Assembly: GCA_048939245.1 (NCBI GenBank)
Contig: JBHLPR010000035.1
Coordinates: 1 to 21,717 of the forward strand
Length of the DNA stretch: 21,717 nucleotides
From: Promethearchaeota archaeon
Lineage (GTDB): Archaea > Asgardarchaeota > Hermodarchaeia > Hermodarchaeales > Hermodarchaeaceae
Reading direction: 5' to 3'
Numbering within the stretch: position 1 is the stretch's first letter; the number at the start of each line of letters is the position of its first letter. Below, one piece after another: positions 8,791 through 17,139 of this stretch. A program made the translations under genes and the position numbers. The notes below the pieces were generated by a model that saw only the letters and a list, made by a program, of their open reading frames with translations, was not told where the DNA came from and searched no databases.

Positions 8791-9994
8791 GTCTTACACC
8801 TACTTTCCTTTTTTCAAGGAGGAGTTCTAGTTCGCGCTCTAGAACTGCTGCAGGGATGTCAGGCAGGCTGATTAGAGTAGTATTACCGCGTTGCCCAACA
8901 CTGGAACTCTTCGTCGTGAGAATTCCCAACCCTACAAGATCCTGAATGTACGCCCATATCTGAGTATGAGAACGAGGAGTCTGTACGTACTCTTCGCAGA
9001 CAAGTCCATAACGAACCTCCAGAGCACCAGTAGTGACATAAGCGTCTTCTGAAGGCTTTAGCAACCTACATACGGCAATTAGAAGGAGAATTTGAGAGGT
9101 TGATAAATCCACGAGAACTTCACGTCGTATCTCCGGCGTGATAAAAGCCTTTGCGCTTCTTACGAATTCGGGCAATATTCGGAGTACGCCCTTTTCGTCG
9201 GCCACTTTTCCGGCATTGTATAGCACTTCTAATGCGTAGCGTGCATCCCCCGAGGCACCTGCTATGTCTGCTATCAAATCAAGTGTGCTAGAAGGAACGG
9301 CTCCGTCTAAAACCGCCTCTTTTACCCGAAAATTTAGGATATCTCGAAGCTGGCGGGAATTATAACGGTTAAACCGGAGCATGTTTTTCTGAAGAGTACT
9401 CCATGTGCTCGGATCGCGAATATAGCCAAATAGGGGGGTTCGGCTTATGCCAATTAGTGATACACGTTGTTGGGCATTTAGCCGATCATCGACAGTACGC
9501 GATAGCAGGTAGAGCAGCTCTTCACCACAACGTTTGAGAAACACTCCGAGTTCATCCAGTGTCACAAGCAGATAGAGATTTTTCGATTCTATGTACTCCA
9601 GAATTATTGAAAGGAGTTCCTGTGTTGATAGCCCCCTAAGCGGAATACCAGTCTGGAACGTTGAGAGGATTTTGTTTAAAATCATGTATTCTGTTCGTTC
9701 ACGACGCGCATTAACATGCACATATATTAGATTAAATCCGTGACTCTTTGCAATCTCAACTAGGAGTGTTCCAAATAGCTTAGTTACCGAGGTTTTCCCA
9801 GAGCCAGTGTCCCCAACAATTAGTACTTTTTGCGATATTTTACCAGGCGCTTCAATTACACCACGGAACAACTGAGTTAACTTGCGTAGATGTTCCTCCC
9901 GATGGGGGAGGTTGGGAGGAACATAATCGATGGAAAGCTTCGCCTCATCAATGAATACAGATGGGCGTTGTAATTCATGTCGAATAATCTCCAT
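8783..9994 (-). CDS. cdc6: Orc1/Cdc6 family protein, Orc1-2/Cdc6-2-like subfamily
   Basis: LSIDYVPPNLPHRE, Walker A GDTGSGKT, Walker B VTLDE, GDARYALEVL, and wHTH PRSHTQIWAYIQDL..LGIL...GQRGNTTLISL. The likely start is ATG 9994 (GGAGA upstream), not 10165. Confidence 0.95.
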   Translation of the reverse strand: MEIIRHELQRPSVFIDEAKLSIDYVPPNLPHREEHLRKLTQLFRGVIEAPGKISQKVLIVGDTGSGKTSVTKLFGTLLVEIAKSHGFNLIYVHVNARRERTEYMILNKILSTFQTGIPLRGLSTQELLSIILEYIESKNLYLLVTLDELGVFLKRCGEELLYLLSRTVDDRLNAQQRVSLIGISRTPLFGYIRDPSTWSTLQKNMLRFNRYNSRQLRDILNFRVKEAVLDGAVPSSTLDLIADIAGASGDARYALEVLYNAGKVADEKGVLRILPEFVRSAKAFITPEIRREVLVDLSTSQILLLIAVCRLLKPSEDAYVTTGALEVRYGLVCEEYVQTPRSHTQIWAYIQDLVGLGILTTKSSSVGQRGNTTLISLPDIPAAVLERELELLLEKRKVGVRRG

Positions 9995-10115
9995 CCTGTG
10001 TTCTCCGTTCGCTATATTTTGAACATCGAGTGGGTGTAATAAAAGAACAGACAGAGTCGAAGATAAGTGAACTAACCCCGAAGATGAAAAAATTCGAGAC
10101 CGAAATGAATGTAAT

Positions 10116-10652
10116 TTATTTTTCATCAGTGTTTTCGGAAAAGACACGCGTTTGGAGATATTCACCTAACACGGTTAATGCATAGCTAGCCAAGCGTGAG
10201 TTTTCGTTCTGAGGATAATTGTGTCTTCGAAGTTGTGCAGCGTTAAGAATCCTATTGAGCGTGATGAAAATATCACGTGAATCGTTAACGAGTAGAGAGA
10301 TGCGATCTTCAGGGACATGAATTTGTTCCTTTAAGGAAATTCTTCCTCTCTTACCCTCATCGATGAATAGAATAAGGAACACGAGGGCCATAACTCCAGT
10401 TATCGTGTAACGAAACGTGACCGACGAAAAGGGATAGGGAACAGTGTCACCAGAAATGAAGATAATAAGCTCAGAAGCGGAGAAACTAATCGCTACAATG
10501 GATAGCCCCACTAGGGTAAATACTGCACGTATACGTCGTCGAGTGTATACGTCTTTGATTATCGTATCAATGAATAATAATTCACCAACCAGTGGATATA
10601 GAAGGAAGAGGAGTGTTGCACGCATTCCTGACACAGGTTTGGGTTGATTCAT
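10116..10652 (-). CDS. Hypothetical membrane protein (about 3 TM helices plus a cytoplasmic tail)
   Basis: Three hydrophobic segments; it fills the gap between cdc6 and the divergent ostC. The start is uncertain (ATG 10652 or GTG 10670). Confidence 0.6.
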   Translation of the reverse strand: MNQPKPVSGMRATLLFLLYPLVGELLFIDTIIKDVYTRRRIRAVFTLVGLSIVAISFSASELIIFISGDTVPYPFSSVTFRYTITGVMALVFLILFIDEGKRGRISLKEQIHVPEDRISLLVNDSRDIFITLNRILNAAQLRRHNYPQNENSRLASYALTVLGEYLQTRVFSENTDEK

Positions 10653-10760
10653 ACACCAGTACCTTCTCACCGCTGAAGTTACAAGAGGGGATACGAGGGT
10701 AAAGGATATATAGCGTTCGTATGGTCTATTTCAAGTCCGCTTATGTATGTTGGTGAATAG

Positions 10761-11195
10761 ATGTCAGACCTATGGTGGCCAAAATTTATACGAAAACCCA
10801 GGCTGAAGCTTCGAAGGCCCCAATTTGGTGAACTTCGATTGCCCTCGAAGTGGATATTGTTCGCTGTTGTATTAGGAGTATATTACTTTGTAGTAAGTGG
10901 AGGAATGTTTGTTCTCTCATACGAAACTTTGCCTGTTCTTGAAATAAGCGATCAAATAATTACCCTTTATCCAGGACTGAATCGCCAACTATTAATCGAA
11001 GGAATAGTAGGGGCTGTATTATTCTTCATTGGGTTTATCGGTTTCTACATAATGTACCAAAGTACGAGGAGCATATACCGACCAAGGTACTCCCAGATGA
11101 TACTTGCTCTTGGACTTGTGATGATTCTTGTCTCCTTCTTTGGTTGCCAATGGATGATAAACCAGAAAATAGCACTTGCAAATCTAATAGGGTAG
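10761..11195 (+). CDS. Oligosaccharyltransferase subunit OSTC/DC2 (OST3/OST6 family) homologue
   Basis: Collinear with eukaryotic OSTC as recalled: PRLKLRRP~PNLKLKKP, LPS..ILFAVV..YYFVVSGG~MPS..VYALVV.SYFLITGG, NRQLLIEG~NGQYIMEG, LFFIGFIGF~LFTMGGLGF, GLVMILVSFF~GFVCVLLSFF. GGTGA RBS at 10753-10757. Confidence 0.82.
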   Translation: MSDLWWPKFIRKPRLKLRRPQFGELRLPSKWILFAVVLGVYYFVVSGGMFVLSYETLPVLEISDQIITLYPGLNRQLLIEGIVGAVLFFIGFIGFYIMYQSTRSIYRPRYSQMILALGLVMILVSFFGCQWMINQKIALANLIG

Positions 11196-11234
11196 GAAAT
11201 TGCTACTTCCCTTTATCTAATTTCGTTTCTAGGT

Positions 11235-11813
11235 TCACCAAGGTTCCTGCTTCAACCGTAGCAGGTATCCGATAACATTTGCACAGAGATGAATTAATGG
11301 GGTCACAATCAATAGAAAGACAGCAAGAACCCAAGGGATTGGTATAATAAACGCACCCAAGAGTATAGCCATAATAAGAAAATCAAGTTGATCAAGTATC
11401 GGTGCCGGTCGCCCTCGACTAATTTTCAAACGTCGTTTAATGAATGACCCAATAAGGTCCCCCACCAGCGCGCCCAAGGCAACCAAAATTACCAAAGGAA
11501 AATTGACTAAAACAACAGGAACAAACTCGGTAGGAAGATACAAGTACATCAAAATTAGGGCAAGAAGAAACGGAGCACCTATTATTTGTAAAACACCGAT
11601 AAGCACACCAGAAATAAAGCCAATAAAAAATCCCTCCCATGTCTTTCCAGGACCTAGAACTAGCTGACCGTCCCCAAGAGTGTGATTTCCATCTATTTGA
11701 TGACGTGATTTGATAAATCTACCAAATACTGCAAAGCCATTCGCAATATATGCAGGAAGAACATACCAGAAACCTAGAAGCAATAATAACGGATGAAACA
11801 CAATTGCCACCAT
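11235..11813 (-). CDS. carS: CDP-archaeol synthase (CDP-2,3-bis-O-geranylgeranyl-sn-glycerol synthase)
   Basis: LPAYIANG, ID.....DG..VLGPGKTWEG, GALVGDLIGSFIKRRL..RG.PAPILDQLDF, TPLIH..AN.IGY.L.LK.EPW. Confidence 0.95.
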   Translation of the reverse strand: MVAIVFHPLLLLLGFWYVLPAYIANGFAVFGRFIKSRHQIDGNHTLGDGQLVLGPGKTWEGFFIGFISGVLIGVLQIIGAPFLLALILMYLYLPTEFVPVVLVNFPLVILVALGALVGDLIGSFIKRRLKISRGRPAPILDQLDFLIMAILLGAFIIPIPWVLAVFLLIVTPLIHLCANVIGYLLRLKQEPW

Positions 11814-11820
11814 GCTAATG

Positions 11821-12501
11821 TTATCTAAATCCTGCTAATTGTAAATGTACGATCAGAATTTTGGATTCAGAATTGTCCCTTTTAGTCAACTTAAATTCTC
11901 TGTAACCTTTTGACTCGGCTCTTATAATTTGGAGATGATAGGTTCCCCAATAAGATGTAACTGATTCAGCTACAGGTAAGAAGTTGGTTTCATTATCAAT
12001 ATCTCCGCGTACTTGATTTAATACAATTACTGCAAAATTTGAAGAACGAGCTGCACTTGCTATTAGACCAAATTGTTGATTCAATTTGCGATTCAACATC
12101 ACGTTATCTGTATTAGGGCCATATTCTCTTCGATAATGGGAAACAATCGTATCAAATACCAATAGCTTTACATCTGGTGAGAGTATGCTATCAAGGTTGG
12201 AAACCAATTTGGACTGTTCTTTGAAGTTAACTGGTGAAACGATGGTAATTAGCGGAGATATTTGACTAAACTGGGAGGAGGTCATTTGCCGCAGGCGAAT
12301 CAGTGGGAACTTTCCCTCTAAATTGATATAAAAAACCCGGTTACCTCTTTGAGCTGTATTAATAGCAAATTGTATGGCAAGTGTAGTCTTTCCAACCCCT
12401 CCTGGTCCAAAGATGTGAAGAATCTCACCTTCGCCAAGCCCACCCTCCAATGCTTCATCCAAAGAAAGAACCCCAGATGGGATTAGATTTCGTTTAGGCA
12501 T
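11821..12501 (-). CDS. radB: RadB-like RecA/RadA paralogue
   Basis: IPSG..SLDEALEGGL, GPGGVGKTT, LLVFDTIVSHYR, VIVLNQV, with no N-terminal RadA HhH domain. The RadB KHR patch reads KRD, so a RadC-type paralogue is possible. ATG 12501 is preferred. Confidence 0.78.
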   Translation of the reverse strand: MPKRNLIPSGVLSLDEALEGGLGEGEILHIFGPGGVGKTTLAIQFAINTAQRGNRVFYINLEGKFPLIRLRQMTSSQFSQISPLITIVSPVNFKEQSKLVSNLDSILSPDVKLLVFDTIVSHYRREYGPNTDNVMLNRKLNQQFGLIASAARSSNFAVIVLNQVRGDIDNETNFLPVAESVTSYWGTYHLQIIRAESKGYREFKLTKRDNSESKILIVHLQLAGFR

Positions 12502-12514
12502 AGTAGTGATCACA

Positions 12515-12550
12515 TTTAATGAATTCAATGAATTTAATATTTTTAATAAA
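12515..12550. repeat. 9-bp tandem array 1 (TTTAATGAA TTCAATGAA TTTAATATT TTTAATAAA)
   Basis: Four phased units filling the xpd-radB gap. Confidence 0.85.
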
Positions 12551-12554
12551 CCTT

Positions 12555-14480
12555 TTAAAATTCTGTTAGCGAATAGAATTTTTTCAAATGAGTATAAAGT
12601 TCTCCATCAGCATCGTTTGACCCCTTTAAGTTTTCATTTATCCAACTAGGAAGTAAACGTCTGCACAAAGAAGTAGCATACCGATCGTCTAAAAATACTA
12701 TTACCCCCTTGTCTTCAAGCCTTCGAACAGAACGTCCTGCAGCTTGTGAAGCACGTCGCATTGCTGGTAATTGATATCCATATAATCGACCTTTTTGAGG
12801 GAAGTGCTGTTCGAAATAATCAATTCTAACGGTTTCCTTTGGACTGGGTTTCGCATAGGGAACCCCGACGATTACTACTGTCTCCATTTCTTGACCCGGA
12901 TAATCCTCTCCTTCACTATTTCGTCCACCTAGAACACCAAGAAGAACGGCTCCATCTTTGGCCCTTCTCTTAAACTTTCGAACCAGTGAATCGTTTTGAG
13001 CAGAAGACATCTTGGGCCTTTCAATAAACAGTTCCCGATTGAGTAATTTCTCCAAACCTGTAGCAAGAAGGGATTGTATCACAGCATATGACGGAACAAA
13101 GATCCCAACATTATGAGGAGTTGCTTGACAGACCTCTAGAATACGACTGTTAATTTTTTCAAACATTGTAGGAGTTCGGTATCTCATCAAAGTGGTAACT
13201 CCTTGACTAACTATTGGAAGAATCTGATCACAAGTAAATGGAGAAGGCAAATTCAATACCCGTGAATTTGCTGGTAAACCAACTAAGTCAATATGCGCGC
13301 TGATTGGTTCCAAGGTACCTGATAAATGAACGGAAGCATGACATGAATTTAACACAGAGGCCGTTGAAGTTCTTGGATCTAATGCAACTATTTCAATACT
13401 AGCTGAGGATTTATTATTGACAGTTCGATTCACAAAATAAGCAGCATCAGTTCTTTGAAGAAAATAACACCAACGAGTAAAAAATTGTGCCACAGAATGA
13501 ATGTAACTTATGGGTGGCTTTCCTTCTCCTATTAATTTACTTAATATCCTGTCACCGATCTTAACCATAGTGTTTGAAAAATTCTCAAAATCATCAATGC
13601 CTAGAACCTCGCAAATTTGCGCAGTCAATTGTATAGGATCAAATTGTATCTCCTGCCCAGCGTTATCATCGATAATTTGCTGCAATATATTTTCAAACAC
13701 TTGATAGAATTTACTAAGTCTCAATAGCGCATATTGATTTGCTTCTTTCTTTGATTGACGGATTGAATAGAAAGACAATTTAGCTGATGCCAATTCAACA
13801 GCAATACGAGGTAAATTGTGAGCCTCATCAAGAAGTAAGACTGTATGAGAAATGGAATGACCAAAGGCATCGAAAAATAGTGCATTGATATACGGATCAA
13901 AAATTTGAAAATAAGTCGTGGCCACAACGGTCATTAATGGTAATAGGCGCTTTGAAAGTTCATAGGGGCAAACTCTTTCTAACTTACATTTCTCGCGAAG
14001 TTCTAATCCTGTAAGTGGAGTTTGATAAAATGTTCGTAGATAGTCTTTATCATTCTTTATTTTCTTCATGAAATTTCGATAGTACTCACATCGCCCCGAA
14101 CGTTTTAGTTGACTACAAATAAACATTGCAAGTTGCGCGTTCTTCGCATATCTGTGAACTACTTGATTCAAACATGAAGAAGCACGTCCTCGAAGGACTA
14201 CCCCGTTGAATCCTGTTGATTCGGAAATAGGTCGGAGCTCCTGCATAACACGGTCAAGCTGCTTATGTGTTCGGGCAACATATAGAATACCAAATCTTTT
14301 CTTTTCTAGTAGAGTCAGGACCCCTGATATGGCTGCAATAGTTTTCCCAAATCCATTCGCTGCTTCAACACAAAGGTGATTTCCCAGAGCAACTTCTTCT
14401 TGAATTGAATGGATAAGGGAGAGCTGACCAGGTCTTGGCACCGCATATGGAAAGTAGTTTTCAATGTGTTTTGAACCCAT
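12555..14480 (-). CDS. xpd: XPD/Rad3/DinG family Fe-S DNA helicase
   Basis: FPY..PRPGQ Q-motif, AANGFGKT, YVARTHKQL, Fe-S cysteines (SSCLN, FICSQL, GRCEYY, VCPYE), LLDEAHNL, LSGTLEP, SEGEDY, QAAGRSVR, DDRY. The start is ATG 14480 (GGTGAGG 9 nt upstream) or 14498. Confidence 0.95.
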   Translation of the reverse strand: MGSKHIENYFPYAVPRPGQLSLIHSIQEEVALGNHLCVEAANGFGKTIAAISGVLTLLEKKRFGILYVARTHKQLDRVMQELRPISESTGFNGVVLRGRASSCLNQVVHRYAKNAQLAMFICSQLKRSGRCEYYRNFMKKIKNDKDYLRTFYQTPLTGLELREKCKLERVCPYELSKRLLPLMTVVATTYFQIFDPYINALFFDAFGHSISHTVLLLDEAHNLPRIAVELASAKLSFYSIRQSKKEANQYALLRLSKFYQVFENILQQIIDDNAGQEIQFDPIQLTAQICEVLGIDDFENFSNTMVKIGDRILSKLIGEGKPPISYIHSVAQFFTRWCYFLQRTDAAYFVNRTVNNKSSASIEIVALDPRTSTASVLNSCHASVHLSGTLEPISAHIDLVGLPANSRVLNLPSPFTCDQILPIVSQGVTTLMRYRTPTMFEKINSRILEVCQATPHNVGIFVPSYAVIQSLLATGLEKLLNRELFIERPKMSSAQNDSLVRKFKRRAKDGAVLLGVLGGRNSEGEDYPGQEMETVVIVGVPYAKPSPKETVRIDYFEQHFPQKGRLYGYQLPAMRRASQAAGRSVRRLEDKGVIVFLDDRYATSLCRRLLPSWINENLKGSNDADGELYTHLKKFYSLTEF

Positions 14481-14544
14481 TATCCTAATCCTCACCATCT
14501 GAATATCCTAGAAGGATAAAAACCTCATTTAATTAGCAAGGGTA

Positions 14545-14570
14545 TTCATTAATTCATTGAATTCAATGAA
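14545..14570. repeat. 9-bp tandem array 2 (TTCATTAA TTCATTGAA TTCAATGAA)
   Basis: Contains the perfect 18-bp palindrome TTCATTGAATTCAATGAA at 14553-14570, upstream of xpd. Confidence 0.9.
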
Positions 14571-14665
14571 ATTCTTAGATTAACGGTTTCTAATTCTACA
14601 ATAAAAAATGCGAGATAAGAAAACGAGCCTCTAATAAATCTCTCTTTAAATCGATCCAAGAAAAA

Positions 14666-14685
14666 GGGGTAGGCATGCCTACTCC
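14666..14685. repeat. GC-rich inverted repeat GGGGTAGGCATGCCTACTCC
   Basis: Perfect 14-bp palindrome GTAGGCATGCCTAC (14669-14682), extendable with one G-T pair, in an otherwise AT-rich intergenic region. Confidence 0.6.
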
Positions 14686-14794
14686 CCATCATTGTGTTCT
14701 AATCCATAGAATGAAATGTGTCGCTAGCCAGGTTCTTAATGGTATTGAGTGCCATTCGGCTCTGAACCAGATGTCAGGGATGTGAGGGAATTCC

Positions 14795-15292
14795 ATGTTA
14801 CTTACACTTCTCGGTATTTTCGGGATGCGTAGATTCCAACTGAAGCACCGCAATCATTTTATTATTATCAACTTGAGCCTACTAGCTTTAGCAACCATGG
14901 AAACAACGATAACCCTCTGGCAACCTGACTATTTCTATGGGGTCCCCAATATACTCCAGTGGATAATTTCCATATTAGGAGGGAAATTTGCTGTATTGGC
15001 TGCCTTTCCTTTTTCTGTAAAAATCTTCTTTTCTGCGTTTTGGTTAGAATGGGGGGAATACCATCTTTTCATTTACCTCGGTAACCTGCCAATTATTAAC
15101 CTGCAGTCCCCCACAGTGCCAGTCGGGGGGGTCGAACGATTACTCTGGATGCTACGCATTCGAATACTCGCCTTTCCCATCGTGTTCCTGCTAAACCTAA
15201 CCTTCTTTCCAATCTATATTCTTATACAATACGGCATCCATCAACTCCAATCAAGGGAATCGAGTAAAATGACTTATCATTATAATAACTAA
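14795..15292 (+). CDS. Hypothetical membrane protein
   Basis: 165-aa ORF with several hydrophobic segments and no recognisable motif. The start may be ATG 14825. Confidence 0.5.
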   Translation: MLLTLLGIFGMRRFQLKHRNHFIIINLSLLALATMETTITLWQPDYFYGVPNILQWIISILGGKFAVLAAFPFSVKIFFSAFWLEWGEYHLFIYLGNLPIINLQSPTVPVGGVERLLWMLRIRILAFPIVFLLNLTFFPIYILIQYGIHQLQSRESSKMTYHYNN

Positions 15293-15491
15293 CAAAATTA
15301 GAAGTGGTTACGCTCCACACAATCGGATACGTTACACAAAGATAACGGGGAAAGAACTGCTTCTATTTTAATGGAGAATTAAATACTGGTTCCTTTGGAA
15401 TTGATTTGACAACATTGTTGATAACCAAATACAACAGTTTTTAAGAGTCTGTTCTTTACGTATACAAAATTGTATCCATGGAGATGATGAT

Positions 15492-16004
15492 TTGCCAAGA
15501 AAGAACGAAATCGAGGAGACCCGTTCTTGGGCGCGTAGAATGCTAGAAGACCCGATTACCAAATTATTAGCAGAAAATAGTCAGTTATCTCAGGTTCAAC
15601 TTGAAACCCTGGTACTCGATTATCTTCTGGATGGATTTGGGGGAAAACGCATCGACTATCAAACGAAAGCATCCTTGAGAGGCCAAAAAGCAACCAAGGT
15701 AAAGCAGGGTGGTGTTAGTAGAGGAGCTTTCAACCGTTCACTTGCTCAAGCAAGACGAAATGTTACGAGGTCCGTTTTTACATTAGTTCTTCTTGGTTAC
15801 CTAGGGTTATTTGATACCCCAGCGCTAATGCGATACCAAGATCTTGCAGAAGATATTCGAAGCTATGCACGTGAATATGATATTGTTGCAACAAATAAAG
15901 AAAAACCAACTCAAACTCATCTTAACACCCTTAAACAAACACAGGAACGCATTTTACAGCTTATTGAAGCTCTCGCTCAACCTATAGCCCTCAAACCAGA
16001 ATGA
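15492..16004 (+). CDS. Conserved-looking archaeal HTH protein (Tfx/sigma-region-4-like)
   Basis: SQLSQVQLETL ... DYQTKASLR...VSRGAFNRSLAQARRNVTRSVFTLVLLGYLGL resembles an HTH followed by a long dimerisation helix. GGAGA RBS before TTG. Confidence 0.6.
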   Translation: MPRKNEIEETRSWARRMLEDPITKLLAENSQLSQVQLETLVLDYLLDGFGGKRIDYQTKASLRGQKATKVKQGGVSRGAFNRSLAQARRNVTRSVFTLVLLGYLGLFDTPALMRYQDLAEDIRSYAREYDIVATNKEKPTQTHLNTLKQTQERILQLIEALAQPIALKPE

Positions 16005-16008
16005 AACC

Positions 16009-16028
16009 TTTCAATGAATTCATTGAAA
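16009..16028. repeat. 9-bp tandem array 3 (TTCAATGAA TTCATTGAA), perfect 20-bp palindrome
   Basis: TTTCAATGAATTCATTGAAA lies in the 42-bp gap between two convergent stop codons. Confidence 0.9.
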
Positions 16029-16046
16029 ATCTTAATATTTTGAAGA

Positions 16047-16619
16047 TTATGATACTTGATCAATAATGTGTTTTCCCGTAGCTGTGATTATTAACTCATC
16101 TTGATTCTTCTGAAGATAATCCTTATTGAGTAGGTAGTTAATAGCTCGGCCAGAATATTCCAGAGAGAACCCAGCATTAGAAAGGTCGGATTGGTTGATG
16201 CTTCCTCCCTTTTTCTGAATTTGAAATAGAACAGAAAGATATCCGTAATTAATAATGAGCTTGCTGGTCATGTCAATGTCCTCGTCATATTTCATTGGCC
16301 AGAGCGAAGTTGGTAACCAACCAGTAAAAGTGTAAAATATCACTTCGTTGAATGAGCGGAGTAGATTGATAATTTCATCCTCTGATCCAGGAGGAACAGC
16401 TAAAACACTTTTTCCTAATTTTATGTGAGGTATTTGATCTAACACACCGGGATAGTGATAGTTTCGAACAATGATTTCTCCATTTTTTAATTGCTGTTTG
16501 ATTTGTTGACTGTGACCATACAATTCCCTGAAGAACCGGGTTTTCCGAGACTGACTCACTCCCTTTTGGTGTTTAAAATCAAAAGAAATAACACTGACAT
16601 GCTTCAAATCATCAGACAT
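16047..16619 (-). CDS. Hypothetical protein: Cas2/VapD-like ferredoxin-fold N-domain plus C-terminal wHTH
   Basis: N-domain VISFDF...RKTRFFRELYG...GVL...KLGKSVLAVP...EIINLL. C-domain VLFQIQKKGGSINQSDL...GRAINYLLNKDYL....LIITATGK is a typical wHTH. GAGGT RBS. Confidence 0.6.
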   Translation of the reverse strand: MSDDLKHVSVISFDFKHQKGVSQSRKTRFFRELYGHSQQIKQQLKNGEIIVRNYHYPGVLDQIPHIKLGKSVLAVPPGSEDEIINLLRSFNEVIFYTFTGWLPTSLWPMKYDEDIDMTSKLIINYGYLSVLFQIQKKGGSINQSDLSNAGFSLEYSGRAINYLLNKDYLQKNQDELIITATGKHIIDQVS

Positions 16620-16707
16620 CGAATTTGTAACCTCAAGATATTGGTATAAGACAAATTATACCAGAACCCCCTCTAAAATTAGTAACGACTTAGAGTAACT
16701 AGACTAG

Positions 16708-16743
16708 TTCAATATCTTCATTAATTTTAATGAAGTTTATGAG
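16708..16743. repeat. 9-bp tandem array 4 (TTCAATATC TTCATTAAT TTTAATGAA GTTTATGAG)
   Basis: Phased units whose core forms the inverted repeat CTTCATTAA-TT-TTAATGAAG (16716-16735), directly downstream of the RHH gene. Confidence 0.8.
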
Positions 16744-16760
16744 TTTATAAAGGATGAGGG

Positions 16761-17129
16761 TTAGCTTTCGCGTTGTAACTTCTTGTAAACATCAGGGAAA
16801 TCGGATTTCAGTTTCTCTTCTAACGCTTCAGCTATGAAACGAGACTTACCACCGAACCCTGCGTATTGTCCTTGCCCTGATTTTGTTGCTGCTAATGCTA
16901 CGAAATCCAAAGCAGCTTTAATCCAAGCAGGAACACTTGCACTGATTGTTCGACGCCCTTCGTATTCGCTTTCAATACGTAACCGCTTTAACCCAGAGTC
17001 GCCAACTCTTGTTGAAAGTTCCTCTAGCTCAATCTCTTTTGTTTCTGTTGATTGGGGTTTTTCCTGGGATTTGGATTTTGACTCCTTTTCCTTTTTCATT
17101 CGTTCTCTAATTAAGTCAGTAGCTGACAT
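16761..17129 (-). CDS. Ribbon-helix-helix DNA-binding protein with a long charged N-terminal tail (ParG/omega/SegB-like architecture)
   Basis: Strand RRTISASV, helix PAWIKAALDFVALAA, turn, helix KSRFIAEALEEKL. The N-terminal ~55 aa are K/E/S-rich. TAA-GGTGA-AAAAA-ATG couples it to the ATPase stop (start 17129). Confidence 0.72.
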   Translation of the reverse strand: MSATDLIRERMKKEKESKSKSQEKPQSTETKEIELEELSTRVGDSGLKRLRIESEYEGRRTISASVPAWIKAALDFVALAATKSGQGQYAGFGGKSRFIAEALEEKLKSDFPDVYKKLQRES

Positions 17130-17139
17130 TTTTTTCACC

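Noticed and set aside
9995-10165. 57-aa N-terminal extension of Cdc6 and an origin immediately upstream of cdc6
   Set aside because: The extension has no family similarity and overlaps the upstream gene, while ATG 9994 has an RBS. No ORB-like boxes are visible in 9995-10115.
4354-11444. Single degenerate 9-mers inside genes (about 4354, 6435, 9947, 10566, 11436)
   Set aside because: Isolated one-mismatch copies are expected by chance in AT-rich coding DNA and are not in well-matched tandem arrays.
14675-15292. Selenocysteine read-through of TGA 14783-14785 joining the 36-aa ORF to the membrane protein
   Set aside because: There is no redox motif around the TGA, no recognisable selenoprotein family and no convincing SECIS.
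15300-16700. GTTAC/GTAAC pentamers upstream of the two convergent genes (about 15306, 15331, 16627, 16682, 16695)
   Set aside because: They are too short and too few to separate from chance, and one is part of an RBS.
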